A stretch of 64,000 bases of DNA from Moniliella sp. 'wahieum' (GCA_003971905.1 RSEE01000024.1:310001-374000), one strand, 5' to 3'; shown: positions 22,582-35,407, counted from the stretch's first letter. The notes: generated by a model not told the origin, from the sequence alone. A program made the numbers and translations.

Positions 22582-23606
22582 TCAAGACGCGAGCGGGGTG
22601 TAGGCTTGAGCGTCGGGTAGGTCAGGAAGCAAAGCGACATCAACCTTGACGCCCTTTTGGACTGATCCATCGGCCAATCGGATGGTTACGGACCCGTCGG
22701 GGAACCCAAATAGGCCGCCTTGCATACCCCAACAAACAGGCCTACCTCCACCACGCCCGTCAGGGCTTTAAGTCGGCGAAGTAGTTCACCAGGCGCGGCC
22801 ATCTGCTGAGGCGGGAAGGGTGCGTCGATGATTAGGTTGCTGTAGGCGCAGGCGGGTTAGCAGAGTAGCAAGGCAAGGCAAAGCAAGGCAAAGCAAGGCA
22901 AAGCAAGGCAAAGCAAGGCAAAGCAAGGCAAAGCAAGGCAAAGCAAGGCAAAGCAAGGTAAGGCACAGCGAGGGGTGGCGAGGGGACGCACCCATTATCA
23001 GACACGACCGGTCCGGCCTTCATCTTGGCCATGCGCAACGAAGGTTGGATGGAGCCGGCAGCGACGAGCTGGTTCATGACCAAGCTCAGGGCAAATGGGA
23101 CGACCTCGATTGGTACGCGCCGCGGGTCCAGGTGGTACCGAGCACCTGGACGTCCTTACGGTCATCAGCAACAACCACAAACGTCTCTGCCATTTCTGCC
23201 AACACTTTTTCGCGCAGCTGGCACGCTCCGCCGCCCTTGATGCAGTTCAACTGTGCATCGCACTCGTCGGCGCCGTCAATGTCCACGTCGAGACGCGACA
23301 CGGACTCGGGGTCAGCGAGGGTCAGGCCGGCAGCCAAGATGAGACGTTTGGACTGGAAGCCGGTCGGGACAAAGAGGCGGCCAGTGTTGGCTGTAGGGCC
23401 CTGCTGGACGATGCGCTCAATGACGTAGGGCACAGTGGAGCCGCTGCCAATGCCAATGGCGCGTGGCGCGGGAGGATCTGGGCATCGACGGCGGCATAGG
23501 CAGCGGCGCGCTTGGCAGCCTCGACGGCAGACAGGACGGGAAGCACTTGCCGCGGCATGTCGGGGGGGGAGGTGGGGAGGGTGGTGACGGAGGGGGGGCT
23601 GCTCAT
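22582..23606 (-). CDS. RKI1: Ribose-5-phosphate isomerase A (one intron ~22840-22991; assembly frameshifts)
   Basis: RpiA motifs IGIGSGSTV, DIDGADE, IKGGGAC.LREK, KAGPVVSDNG and LTGVVEVGLF. Start could alternatively be at 23558. Confidence 0.92.
22867..22958. repeat. (GCAAGGCAAA)n microsatellite in the RKI1 intron
   Basis: About 9 tandem 10-bp units read directly. Confidence 0.9.
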
Positions 23607-24590
23607 GCGGGAGGGAGGGGCAGAAGGCAGAGGCAGAGCAGTGGCCGCAGCAGAAAAAGAAAAACGCAAGCGTGGCTTTGCGTTTTGCGTTCTGCGTTCT
23701 GCGTGTTGCGGGCAAAGCCCAAAGGCTGAGGCGCAGCAGCCACCCATCCGGCTGTGCGGGGTAGGCGGGCTGGGGTGGGCAGCACACCGCTGTCGGCTGT
23801 TCTCGGCTCTTTCTGGTCGGCGCGCACGGCTGCTGCTCCCGCGTGCTTCAGAGGAATCCAGGAATACTGAGCCTCGTCTCAGCCACCCACTCGGTTCCTG
23901 AGCGCCGGAGCCCTCGTGGGCCAGCCGCTGCGTCTTTTCCAGAAGCACAACGCGCTGACATCAGCACATGACGTCACTGCTCATCCGCCTGCTCTCCCCT
24001 CGTACGTAATGGTCATCTGCTGCCACGTGACCAGTCAGCTGACCCCTCCTGGCCGCCGTGATAATAAGAGCCCAGGCGCATGGCAGGCGCGAGGCCTTCG
24101 CTGCTAGCCATTCAAGGCGAAACGGAGCTCGTACCAGTGGGTGCTTGGCTGCATCGGTAGAAAAGAACGACTATCACGTCACTAGTCAAGCCACTAGTCC
24201 AGTCACTCACTAGTCAAGACGAGCTGCTGGCCGCCAGGGTACTTTAGTGGGGTAATGCGGGTAACGACCCCGATCCGTCGGGACGGATGCGGGCAGGATG
24301 GTCCGAACGGAGAGCACAAAACGGAAACGAGGGGGCCCAGAACAGGACAAGGGCCCACCGGGAACACGACGGAAAGCTGAGCGAATGTGCGGGCTGGGAA
24401 GACTTAGGAGCGGAGCGGAACAAAGGCGAACAAAGGCGAACAGCTGAGAGCAGAGCCGGGAAAAGCATAAACACGATGGGACAGAGAAGGGTGGTCAACA
24501 GGACATAAGCCTCACAGCCAACAACGGGCCACGACGGGCCAACGTCCCAATCCAAGGCCAAGTCCAATACTGGCAGCGCAGAGACCAGGT

Positions 24591-27500
24591 TCACACCGTA
24601 CTAGCTTCACTGTCATCGTCCGGAGGAAACGGAGTGCTGGCCAAGGTGGGCAAGCCATGGACAAAGCCATCCAGGATCAGGCGGGAGGTACGCTGACTCT
24701 GTGCCGGACTCTGCAACTCGTACTCGTCCAGCACCGGGACCTCCGTCGCTGGGGCCTCCGTTTCCGGGGCCTCCGTTTCCGGGGCCTCCGTTGCCGGGGC
24801 CGGCCCGAGAGAAGATAAGCTAAATGGGAAATCGACCGTTATACCAGCTCGCAAGTCCGTCACGCCCGTCTCCCCCTCGGACGTGGCGGATTCCACTTCG
24901 AGTGTGGGAGGGGTAAGGTGGGTACTAAGTGCGTGTCCATATGCTTGCTCTTGTTCTTGTTCTCGCCCTTGCCCCTGTTCTTGATCTTGTTCTTGTTCGT
25001 GTTCGTGTTCTTGTGGCGACCCGTGTGCCAGCTCTTGCCCGGGACGGGAGAGGGACAAAGACACAGACTGTACATGGTCCGCGGGGACAGGCTGTTCCGG
25101 CCCCTGCCCATGCACAGGGACATACTCCTTGTCCAAAGAACAATCCAGCTGGTCCAGTGCGCGCACCAAGAACGCCATTTGTTTTTCTTGCGCCGATGGG
25201 TGGGCTGGACCAAACAGGGCTGGGGCAAACGTGTACGCCAGCTGGGCAGGCACATCCACAGGCACATCCACATCCACAGCCACATCCACAGAAACAGGAA
25301 CAGAAACAGAAACAGAAACAGGCTCAGACGAATACAAGAGTTGGAGAAACTGATGAGAAAGACAAACACGCGGCGTGACAGTGTCGGGAGCGAGGCTACC
25401 GTGCGCGCCAAGCTACGGGGGGAAGAGACGTTAAGTTCGGCCACGTGGGGCGGGAGCAAGGCTGGTGTGAGATCGGTAAGGTAGGCGAGCAGTACGGCGG
25501 CGGGCAAATGTGGGTCGGAAGGGAGACCAGTCAAGGCATAGGTACCGCGGTCGATGCGGGAGCGCAGTTCATCCACATGCGCCAGGGTGGAGGCTGGGTC
25601 CAGAGTGCTGGTGTACGTGGCGCATTGAGTGCGAGCATAGCGTCTGCGCAAAAGGAGAGAACGACAGGGACCTTAGCGCGTGGGTAGACGGGTGCTTGTA
25701 CGATCATTGCGGCTTCCAAGCTCAGTCCAAACACGCACGGGTTGAACGGGCTTTCCAATGCGGCAACGATGGTTTCTGTACTGGGGCTATGCGAGCGAGG
25801 TCCATGGTACACCGCGGCAGCTAGGCGTGCTTCACATGCCGTTATCACGGTACGCATTGCGCTCCCCTCGAACGGGCGAGGGAGAGTTGCGATTTGGTCT
25901 TCAATCCATGCTTCGAGAGGACGCTGGAGCACCGACGACGGCGGAAACCCCGTGATGAGCACCACATTGAGCATTTGCCATGCGCGAAAAGTCGAGTCGG
26001 GAGAAGGGTTGTGCGTAAGCTGCTTGATGAGTTGGACAAACTACCCCACCAGGGTCAGAAGCAAGAACGTGGTAAGAACCTCACGAGTAGATATGCAAGG
26101 GGGAAGGAAAGGGAGGAGGGAGGAAAAAGGAAAGAAAGAGGGAGAGGGGGCGTACCACTTCGTCCCGCAAAGCTTGGTTGGTACGACCCGTATCCACCAA
26201 CCAACACAGTTCGTCCAGGACACTTGTCTGGGGTCCCAGGACGGTGGTGGACCGGTCTGCACAAACACGCAAGATGATCTTGAACATGGTCAGGGCTTCG
26301 CGCACCTGGTGTCGTGGCGTAGACTCAAGCAAGGGCGCACCAATCGGGTCGCGTTGCCACGCCAAAAGCCGGTCACGGGGATCTTACGACGGAACCGGAG
26401 CAGCCCGGACCGGTGCTCGGAAAACTGCTGGGCGGTATAGGCACCCCAAGGGTCCGATGCGCGTCGAGGCGAGACCGAGGGCCGTTGGGTGCCCGGCGAA
26501 GGACCTCGGCTGGGAGCACGCAGCATCGCACTGGTAATCTGCGCAGCAAACGTGGTCGGTTCCAGGGAGGGACTTTGCGTTCCCGAGTGGGAATTAGGGT
26601 GGGACCGGGTGGCGCCGAAGGCCGAGACTGGGACTTGCCCTGGCGCCCATGGCGGCGGGGACGGCTGTGCTGATGCGAGCGGGAACGGGTGGGTGGATCA
26701 CTCTGGCTGGCATGGCACAAGGAGAAGGAGAAGGGCAAGGAGCAGAAGCAGAAGGAGAAAGAGAAGGAGAAGCAGAAGCAGAAAGAGAAGGAGAAAGGGG
26801 GCGGGAAGGAGGTAAGGTCAAGGAAGGCCGCACACTGTCCGACCGAGGCACCAAGAGGGAAGTATGCCCATCCATCTCCAAATGGTCTGGGAGGTGAGCG
26901 GCTTCCTGGATAGCCGTGAGGGGGATGACCAAGCCCTCGGGGCGGTCCCACTGCGTCGCGTTCGACGTCGAGTTGTGGTAATACGGTCGGCCACGATGCG
27001 GGTCAAAGAATTCGAGCCAGGCACCTTCCTTGGGCGGAGGAAGGACAAGTGTGCCACTCGGTACTTGCCAACGACACTGGCCCGTGTGCGGATTGACAAA
27101 GAACGGTTGTCCTGTGGTGGGGTCGGTGATGACTGCCCAAAAGTAGGCCCCCCAGGGTATGGGCTGTGGTGGCCCGTGCGGCTCGAGCGTATGCAGGGGC
27201 AAGGGCGTCCGCGCATGGCTCGTGTCATCTGTTGTCGTCCCGTCGTCAGGCTCGGGTGGATGGGGAGCCAGAGGCTGGGTGGGAGGAGTGTGCCATGGCG
27301 GGGAAGGTGGCTCGCTGTGCGCGGCGGACGAAGAGCGGGAGGCGCGGGAGGCACGGGAGGTGCAAGGGCCATAACCAAAGGGGAACGGCTTTTCGTCCGA
27401 CACCGTGGGCTGGGTAAGCTGGATGGGAGCATCTTCCGAAGGCGAAGGCGAAGGCGAGGGGAGGGCGAGGGCGAGGGCGAGGGCGAGGGCGAGCGAGGGC

Positions 27501-27669
27501 CGAGAGGAAGTTCAGTAAGCGGGAAGGTGGCGGCGCTGGTGAGACTGCTGCGGGGACGATCGGACTCGGCGGAGCTGGCGCGGGAGGGGGTGGCGTGGCT
27601 GGCCCACTCGATGGGGTCTGCGGCGGGTGGAGGCGCAGGCATGGCAGGGAGACCGGTGGACATGGGCAT
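24591..27669 (-). CDS. WW-WW-MyTH4-RhoGAP protein (ARHGAP39/Vilse-like), multi-exon, frameshifted in this assembly
   Basis: Two WW domains (WAVITDPTTGQPFFVNPHTGQCRW; WLEFFDPHRGRPYYHNSTSNATQWDRP), MyTH4-like segments (WQRDPIGAPLL...ALTMFKIIL...ALRDEV; TGFPPS) and RhoGAP-like segments (VFGLSLE..KVPVVLSFCAD; DPHLPAAVLLAYLTDLTPALLP). Both ends are approximate. Confidence 0.8.
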
Positions 27670-28603
27670 GGACCAACGCCACCGCGCTCGCGGGCTCGGC
27701 CGCCGGGAGGGGGAGGTGGTGTGCCACACGGGCGGGGGCGAGGCAGGCTGGGATGGGACAGCCAGGGGGGGGCGGCAATCATCGAATGGCCTGAGCCGTC
27801 ATCGAGTCATCGGATCGGATCTGTGCCTGGCCAGACCTGTGTTTGACGTGACTGTGGCAGCTCTGCCGGGGCTCGGTGTTCCCGCCTTGCCCCCACGTCT
27901 AGTTGCCCCGCGTCTCGCGCTTGCCCCCAGACAGGGGTCGCCATGTCCCGTTCATCACGTTCCCGGCACGCGCGATTGTCCGTCCCAAGCCATAAAGAGT
28001 ACCCCTGCAGAACACATGAATGAACGGAACAAGATAACTGAAGAAGGGACAGCTTAGTCGTTGAACGTTGAGGCGAGGACGCCAGGGGCGTGCTGATGTG
28101 CTGATGGCGCATCCGATCCCCCGTAGCAATCACCTTTCTGGTCCTAGCCTGCTGGCACGTGCACGGCGGACGGGAGAGGCAAAGTGAACACCGACTGAGT
28201 TGCCTTGTGCCGCCACCCCGACCCATTTCCTGTCTTGTACTACCCGCTGTACCAAGGACGCACGAGGGACCTGTCGCTCCCAGGACGAGCACCACTGCGC
28301 CCGCTGCTTTGCTCCTTCTCGTGCACGTTCGTTGAGCTCACATGTTGGCCAGAACCGGCCAGACGGTGGACGACGGCTGTGGTGGTTTGCCCTGTGGAGG
28401 CCACATGCCAGGTTGGAGCGGCGCCAACCCTAGCGTGTGTGACTTCGCGTCGCTTATCAGGCGCCTGGGTTTTGCGATCAACAGCCGACGTCAGATTCAG
28501 ATCGCAGAGCTGCTTTTTTTTTTTTTTTGCGTCGTCTCCCCATTGGCTCGCTGGCTCGCTGCCCCGCTCACCACGGCCACCACCCTCCGCCTGCCTGGAT
28601 CCG

Positions 28604-31532
28604 ATGCACGCTGGTCTGATCTCTGGCGAAGCCACGCCGGGCGACGTGACACCGACGCGCGAGTCGCCCTCGGCGGCGCAGACCATTCCCGGAACCGAGT
28701 CTGCGCCTGCGGTTGATGGGTTCCCCGAGCTGTCCAGCTCGGCCGCCAGCGCCCACTCGCACACGGCCATCATGCTCTCCCACCTCTCTCCCAAGGAGAG
28801 AAACCGAGATTTGGAGATGAGTGTTGAGGGTCCCGTTCCTGCGCCGCACTTGTTTGGCCACCCGAGCGCGCCGTCCGGCCACCTATCGGAAGACGAACTG
28901 GCTGAAGAGAACTACGAAAATGAGGTGGCAGAGGAACATTGGGGTCTGAGTGGCTCCTATTCCCTTTCCTCGTACCTTCGCCAGGGAAGCCAGAAGGAGA
29001 AGGACGAAGAGGATAAGGACCAGGGTTATCCTTCTGCTGCCTCTGTAACTTCCTCGAAAGAGGGCAAGAGCGACTTTGCCGCCTCCCCTGCTGATGCAGC
29101 TACTCGTCTGGCCAGTTTGGGCTCCGGCTTGACAGACGGTAACCTCTCCGTGCCGATCCCCATCTCGGCCGAGCTGGAAGAACTCTACACCAACTTGCAG
29201 CACTGTCTTGAGCTGCGGGACAAGTACATGATGGCCTCGCACCAGGCTAGTTGGGAGGAGAATCCGAAAAATTGGGACGCCGAGTACGTGGAGCAATTCA
29301 ATGCTCAGCCCGGCGCGGGACACGCCAACAAAGATTACAAGATGGAGAAGGAGGTGTACGTGGATGGATGTTCGCTTGCCTATTCCCCCGACGACGACTA
29401 TTGGTCCGACGGGTCGGGGGACAAACCGGCTCTCAAGCCTTGGAGGGTGTACCCTGCGCCTCCTAGACCCCACTGGGAAACTTTTCACCCTGCTCTCGTC
29501 TTCCTCCTTTGTTGTTCGTCCCACCGCGGTTAACCCTCTTCCCCCTGCGATTGAGCCTGCCTCCCCAGCCAACGCGAATGCGGCAAGCCAGTTGCTCACT
29601 GCCACCGGGAGCGTGCCAGGCCACTTTGATATGAAGTTCATGCGCTTTCCTACTGCCCATACTCGCCAAGGCAGGCCCATCACGTTTCGACGGGTGGACG
29701 GGGTGTTTCAGGTGTACGATGAACAGGCTCCCAACTCGGTTGGCCAGGAAGCCAAACCCCTGTTTTCGGCGGTCACTATGCGACAGTACTACAAGGACCT
29801 AGATTTCCTTCTTAACGTTGTTTCCGATGGCCCGACACGCTCCTTTGCCTGGCGCAGGCTCAAGTACCTCGAGGCCAAGTGGAACTTGTACACGCTCTTA
29901 AACGAGTATCGCGAGTTGGATGGTATGAAGAAAGTTCCCCACCGCGACTTTTATAATGTGCGTAAGGTCGACACGCATATCCACCACTCGGCCTCGATGA
30001 ACCAGAAACACCTCCTGCGCTTCATCAAGGCCAAGATTAAGCGCCAACCGGACGATGTGGTCATTTTCCGTGATGGTCACAACCTCACACTGCAACAAGT
30101 GTTTGAATCGCTTGGGCTGACCGCGTACGATCTTTCGATTGACACGCTCGACATGCACGCTCACCAGGACGCGTTCCATCGGTTTGACAAGTTCAACCTT
30201 AAGTACAACCCGCTTGGCGAGTCGCGTCTCCGTGAGATCTTCCTCAAGACGGACAACTTGATTCGAGGTCGGTACCTGGCCGAGATCACCAAGGAGCTCA
30301 TGGCGGACCTGGAGGCTTCCAAGTACCAGATGACTGAGTACCGTCTTTCCATCTATGGCCGCAACAAGCAGGAATGGAACAAGCTTGCAGCCTGGGTTGT
30401 AGACAATGATTTGTTCTCCCCGAATGTACGCTGGTTGATTCAGGTGCCGCGACTGTACGATGTGTACAAGGCCAATGGAACGGTGGACAACTTTGACGAT
30501 GTGATCGACAGTACGTGCGCTTCTTGATTTCTTCCTTTGTTTCTTTGCACGGTCCTATTTGTTTGTTGCATGCGCGTGGGCAGAAAAGTCTGACTGCTAT
30601 TATGAAAAGATATCTTTGCCCCTCTCTTTGAGGCGACGCACAACCCCTCTGCGTATCCCAAACTGCATGTCTTCCTCCAACGTGTGGTCGGGTTCGATCT
30701 GGTCGACGACGAGTCCAAGCCTGAGCGTAGGATCCATCGCAAGTTTCCCCGTCCCGAATGGGACGGACCAGTATCGCCGCCCTACTCGTACTGGGCCTAC
30801 TTTATGCACGCCAACATCTCCACCCTCAACCAGTGGCGCCACATGCGCGGATACAGTACGTTTTTGTTTTTGTTTTTGCCCCCCCCCCCCCCTCCCTCTT
30901 CCTCCCTGGGCCGATGAGCCGACCTTGTCTGCTTGTTGCGGTCCCCCATGGAAAGTACTAACGACGCACAGATACGTTTGTGCTCCGCCCGCATGCTGGC
31001 GAGGCTGGTGACCCCGACATTTGGCCGCGACGTTTCTCACGTCGCAATCCATTTCGCATGGTATCCAGCTGCGCAAGGTGCCTACGCTGCAGTACCTGTA
31101 CTACCTCAAGCAAATTGGGTTGGCCATGTCACCGTTATCGAACAATGCTTTGTTCCTCTCCTACGACCGGAACCCGTTTCCAACATTTTTGAAGCTGGGC
31201 ATGAACGTGTCGCTGTCAACGGACGATCCGCTGCAGTTTCATCTATCGAAAGAACCTTTGTTGGAAGAGTACAGTGTCGCGACGCAGATTTACAAGCTGC
31301 GCGCATCGGATAGTGCGAGCTGGCACGTACCTCCGTCCTCCAGTCCGGTTGGGAAATGGAGATCAAGCGCCACTGGTTGGGCAAACACTTTTACCTGCCG
31401 GGACCGCGCGGTAACGTCGTATCTAAATCCAACGTGCCGTCCATCCGCCTTCGGTTCCGGGAACAAACCCTGCGCGAGGAACTGGACTTGGTCTGGTCCT
31501 GCGGTCACGACGTCACCCAGGCACGGCACTAA
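28604..31532 (+). CDS. AMD1: AMP deaminase (introns 30511-30609 and 30856-30971; 1-bp frameshifts)
   Basis: Motifs [73 protein letters not shown] and [11 protein letters not shown]. Splicing the GT-AG introns restores the frame. Confidence 0.96.
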
Positions 31533-32009
31533 CGTGCTAAGGCACTAAACGTACCGTAACGTAACGACTGCTGTACTAAAGGAAAGTACTCCCGGTCGTA
31601 CACGCCCTACCAACCTACTCACCGACCCTGTCTACAAAAGCTTCAAGCAAACGGCGATTCGTGCGTCCTGGCCATATCGTAGCCTCTGGCTTGGCTCCCC
31701 TCGCTCGCCTCGTTGGGTACAGGACGGGACGGGACGGGACAATACGATACGGCCTCGAACCATATCTCCCCTACTCTTACCTACCTGTCTACTCCCCCCT
31801 CCCCCTTAACTTACGAGGAGAAAAACAGACACATCGGACTAGGTGGGGGTTCCGCTGGGCTGAAGGAAATATAACAGGACACAGAGCATGCATCATCTCA
31901 ACATAACGTCCATCCTAGGTGGAGGTGCTCGTCGTGCGTCGGGGCCTCGGACCCTACGCTGCCGGTCGCGATGCACGTAAGGGACCGACCAGTCGGAAAC
32001 GAAACGAAG

Positions 32010-32078
32010 GGTAAGAGTAAGAGTAAGAGTAAGAGTAAGAGTAAGAGTAAGAGTAAGAGTAAGAGTAAGAGTAAGAGT
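32010..32078. repeat. (GTAAGA)n microsatellite
   Basis: About 11 tandem units. Confidence 0.9.
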
Positions 32079-32659
32079 AGAGTAAGGGTATGGGTAAGGG
32101 TAAAGGTCCAGAGCGGTAACAGGGGCTTGTCGGCTTGTAGCGGAGCAATACCGACTGAGAGAGCGCCTGGATCTATATGCTCTGTGGGAAGAAAGGGGGG
32201 GGAGTCCTCTGTCCCAACCCCCAGTGAACACAGTGGGCAACGGAGATGGAACAGCGGGCTGGTAAGAGAAACGGGAGCGGGGGGTGGCTTGTTATTGTGT
32301 GGCGCGTACGTGTAGCCTACTAGTACTGAGGGGTAGGGCTAATCAGTGGGAGGCTACAGCTGTGTGACTAGTAGTGCGTGGTGACTGGTAACCGGTAACG
32401 GGTAACTATAACTGGTAACTGGTAAGTGGTGAGTGGTAAGTGGTGAGTGATGAGTGGTGTCTGGTAACTGATGAGTGGTGACTGTTCGAGGCGTGAGATC
32501 TGAGAACTGAGAACTGAGAACGGGTACTACATGGCGCACGGTACCAAGACCCAACCTGCTCTCGCCCAGACCAGGGGCGGAGGGTCCCATGGCCCTTCTT
32601 CCTACCGCGTACCGTCCCCGCATCCAAAACAAACGGGAAGGACAACCCAACATCGCAAA

Positions 32660-32767
32660 GCAGTGAAGCAACAGTGAAGCAGTGAAACAGTGAAGCAGTG
32701 AAGCAGTGAAGCAGTGAAGCAGTGAAGCAGTGAAGCAGTGAAGCAGGGAAGCAGGGAAGCAGGGAAG
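32660..32767. repeat. (CAGTGAAG)n grading into (CAGGGAAG)n microsatellite
   Basis: Tandem 8-bp units read directly. Confidence 0.9.
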
Positions 32768-33075
32768 CCTAAGTACCAACTAACAAGAGAGGGTCGAACG
32801 TTGAGAGGGTACCATCGACAGGCGAACGTGCTACGCATCCACATAAAATCAAAAGCTTCGCAACGTTCATTTTCATGTATCTCATCCCGCTCTGTGCTGC
32901 CCACGATAACCCTCCACCCCACTCCGTAGATCGCCAGGCCTCGAGTGGTATAGTATTGAGGTACTCTGTGCGAGGGAGACGAGGGAAGATCGATGGGAGA
33001 GGAGAGAGGACAGATGACAGAGAGGAGAGAAGAGAGAGAAGGACGTGGGCCCGCAACCGTTGCCCTTCCACCCAT

Positions 33076-34134
33076 CTACTTGGGTCCGGTCGTGTCAGCG
33101 TCAGGCACGTTACGTTTACGAATGACGCCAGCCTCGGTGAGGTACACGTCGTCCTCCTCCCCCGGTTTGACTTTGAACAACTTTTGTTCGCCAGTGACGA
33201 TGCGTTCGGCCGTTGGTACGTCCAACGTCTTGGGCACCGTCTTGCGCTGGAACCGTTTGGACACGGCGCGCACCATGGCGCGGAACCAGATAAAGTTGAG
33301 TGAGTTGAGAACCAAGTTGCCTGTGCAGAAGAAGAGTTTGATCCCGATTGGAATAGCCGGCGTGTGGGGCACAAAGAGTGTCATGTGGAACCAGGAGAAG
33401 GAATTGTACACGCCCAAAATGAGACGGACGACAATGTACGTGCCCAGTAGGAACGCCGCATTGATCAGTTGCCAAATCGAGCCGGTCATGCCTAGTTTGT
33501 CCATAAACCAATGGATGTTGAGGAACGGTGACGACGCTTCCCAGAACAAAAAGCCCAGCCCATCGTACATAAAGATCGGCGAGAAGATGAGGACAAACGC
33601 AATAAAACTCACCAGCCCATGCGCAATGAACGCGATCCCTTCGTACTTGGGAAAAGGAACCGACAGGTCAGTGGGGACGCCCGACGCAACGAGGGGAGAA
33701 GGGCGGGGGAGACATACACGAAGGGAGATGTACATGTCCCAAGCAAAATAGCCAAGAGTAATGGCAAAGACGTGAGCGGCATCGGGGCTGTAGCCGCGCA
33801 GGCGGTCGATGGCCAAGGGGTGGGGGTGGGCCGAGCCGACGGGGTTGTTGTACACGTCGATCCACACGCGTGCAGCAAGGGGTGCAATGAGCGCAGCGTG
33901 GGCCAGGGCAACGAAATGCACGTCCCAGTTGCGGCGGGTGCGGCGGTCGAAGGACTGGAGGGTGCGCGGGAAGAGGCGCGGGGAGACGAGGCTGGAGAGG
34001 AACTGGAGCGAAAACCACGAGGCAGCACTGAGGAGGATGGTGGGGACGTGCTCGGGCATGCGCGGCACGCCCGCGGCGATGCACCAGGGCGTGACGGCGT
34101 CGACGACGGCGGCCTGCAGCTGGGCGACCGGCAT
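33076..34134 (-). CDS. TLC (TRAM/LAG1/CLN8)-domain membrane protein, TMEM56-like (intron 33646-33717)
   Basis: Multiple hydrophobic segments with WDVHFVALAHA, GYFAWD, FIAHG, FLFWEASSPFLNIHWFMDK, VRLILG and LNSLNFIWF. Confidence 0.85.
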   Translation of the reverse strand: MPVAQLQAAVVDAVTPWCIAAGVPRMPEHVPTILLSAASWFSLQFLSSLVSPRLFPRTLQSFDRRTRRNWDVHFVALAHAALIAPLAARVWIDVYNNPVGSAHPHPLAIDRLRGYSPDAAHVFAITLGYFAWDMYISLRVCLPRPSPLVASGVPTDLSVPFPKYEGIAFIAHGLVSFIAFVLIFSPIFMYDGLGFLFWEASSPFLNIHWFMDKLGMTGSIWQLINAAFLLGTYIVVRLILGVYNSFSWFHMTLFVPHTPAIPIGIKLFFCTGNLVLNSLNFIWFRAMVRAVSKRFQRKTVPKTLDVPTAERIVTGEQKLFKVKPGEEDDVYLTEAGVIRKRNVPDADTTGPK

Positions 34135-35044
34135 GAGGGGCAGAGGAGGAGGCAGAGGCCGAGGAGGAGCAGAGGCCAAGGAGGAGCAGACCAGACGGAA
34201 AAGACAGCGTAGGCCGCGGGAAGGCGGGGGAGCGGCGGGGCAGGTTTCTTCCCTCGGCCTTCGGCCTTCGGCGTCTCGGCGAGTGGCCGGCCGGGCGGCA
34301 GAAGCTGTTGATTGATCTGAGACTCGGATCTGATCATCCATCCATCCCGCCATCCAACACCCCGCCCGCCAGTCGCCTGCCTGCCACCGACGCCCCCCGC
34401 GTCTCTCCCGCCGCTGCCCACGCGCGCCAAGCCTCCCCCCCACACACGCCCACCCAGCAGCCTGGAGCCCCTAGCCCCCGCTCGCCCACTACCGGCTACC
34501 CCCATCCCCCGCGGCGCCGTCGCCCACGTCATCTCCCCCACCGCCAGCCGCCCCACACCCCATCGCGTGTCACCGGTCACACGTCACACGTCACGTGCAT
34601 CCATCGCCACCGCAGCCTGCTCCTCACCAGTCACACACTGCCCCCCCGCCGCCAAGTCACCATATCACACACTATGCATCATGCATCATGCATCCCGCAT
34701 CACACGCCCATCCATTCCGCCCGCCGTTCCCGCGTCCAATCGGTCCAATCTTGTCACGTGAGGTATGTGCATCCCTCTGTACCTTACCCTTTCATTCCCT
34801 CTGCCACACCACCGCCTGTGATTTTGACGCTTGCAAGATGGACGGTAGATTCATCCGATCGTCCGTTCCTCACGACGACGCCCCTCTCGCCCCGTCTCTG
34901 GTCCGCAATGCAACTCACCACAGACGACCGCGCCGCACATGCCCGTTTTGTCGTTCACCTCTGTCATCCCCTCCATCTTTTCCATGGGGTCTTATCAATG
35001 CAGCCACCAATATCATCTCGATATCAGTGTGACACCGCACAGGT

Positions 35045-35178
35045 GTAAAGGCGCCAGTAACCCAAGCCCAGAACCATGCTGTTCATTCCTTCTTGGTGGG
35101 CAGGCGTATTCCCTAGCCGCTTGCGTAGCTCATGTGCAATGCAATACACCATCCACTGCCTGCTCTCTGGTCTTCTAC
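35045..35178 (-). repeat. Dispersed repeat family R1, copy 3
   Basis: Translates as RRPESRQWMVYCIAHELRKRLGNTPAHQEGMNSMVLGLGYWR. Confidence 0.75.
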
Positions 35179-35407
35179 CCAGGCAGTGTCCCCATCCGTT
35201 CTCCCTCTGCACCAACGGAGCAACCCTGCCTGTCACATGTCACGCATCGTCTGCCGTCTCTACCAGGTGCGCTCAGGCTGAGCGATAAGCCGAATCGCTA
35301 ATCGGCGTCCACCTGGCATCATCACGTGACTGGCCCCTGCACCACTCGCAGCAGCATCCCCACTACCCGCAGCCCCGCGCCCAACCACCTCCCCACCGCC
35401 GGCTCCC

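Noticed and set aside
31745..31770. T-arm-like hairpin GATATGG-TTCGAGG-CCGTATC (minus strand), and GTAGCTCAG at ~1926, as tRNAs
   Set aside because: No matching acceptor stem or other cloverleaf arms could be built around either.
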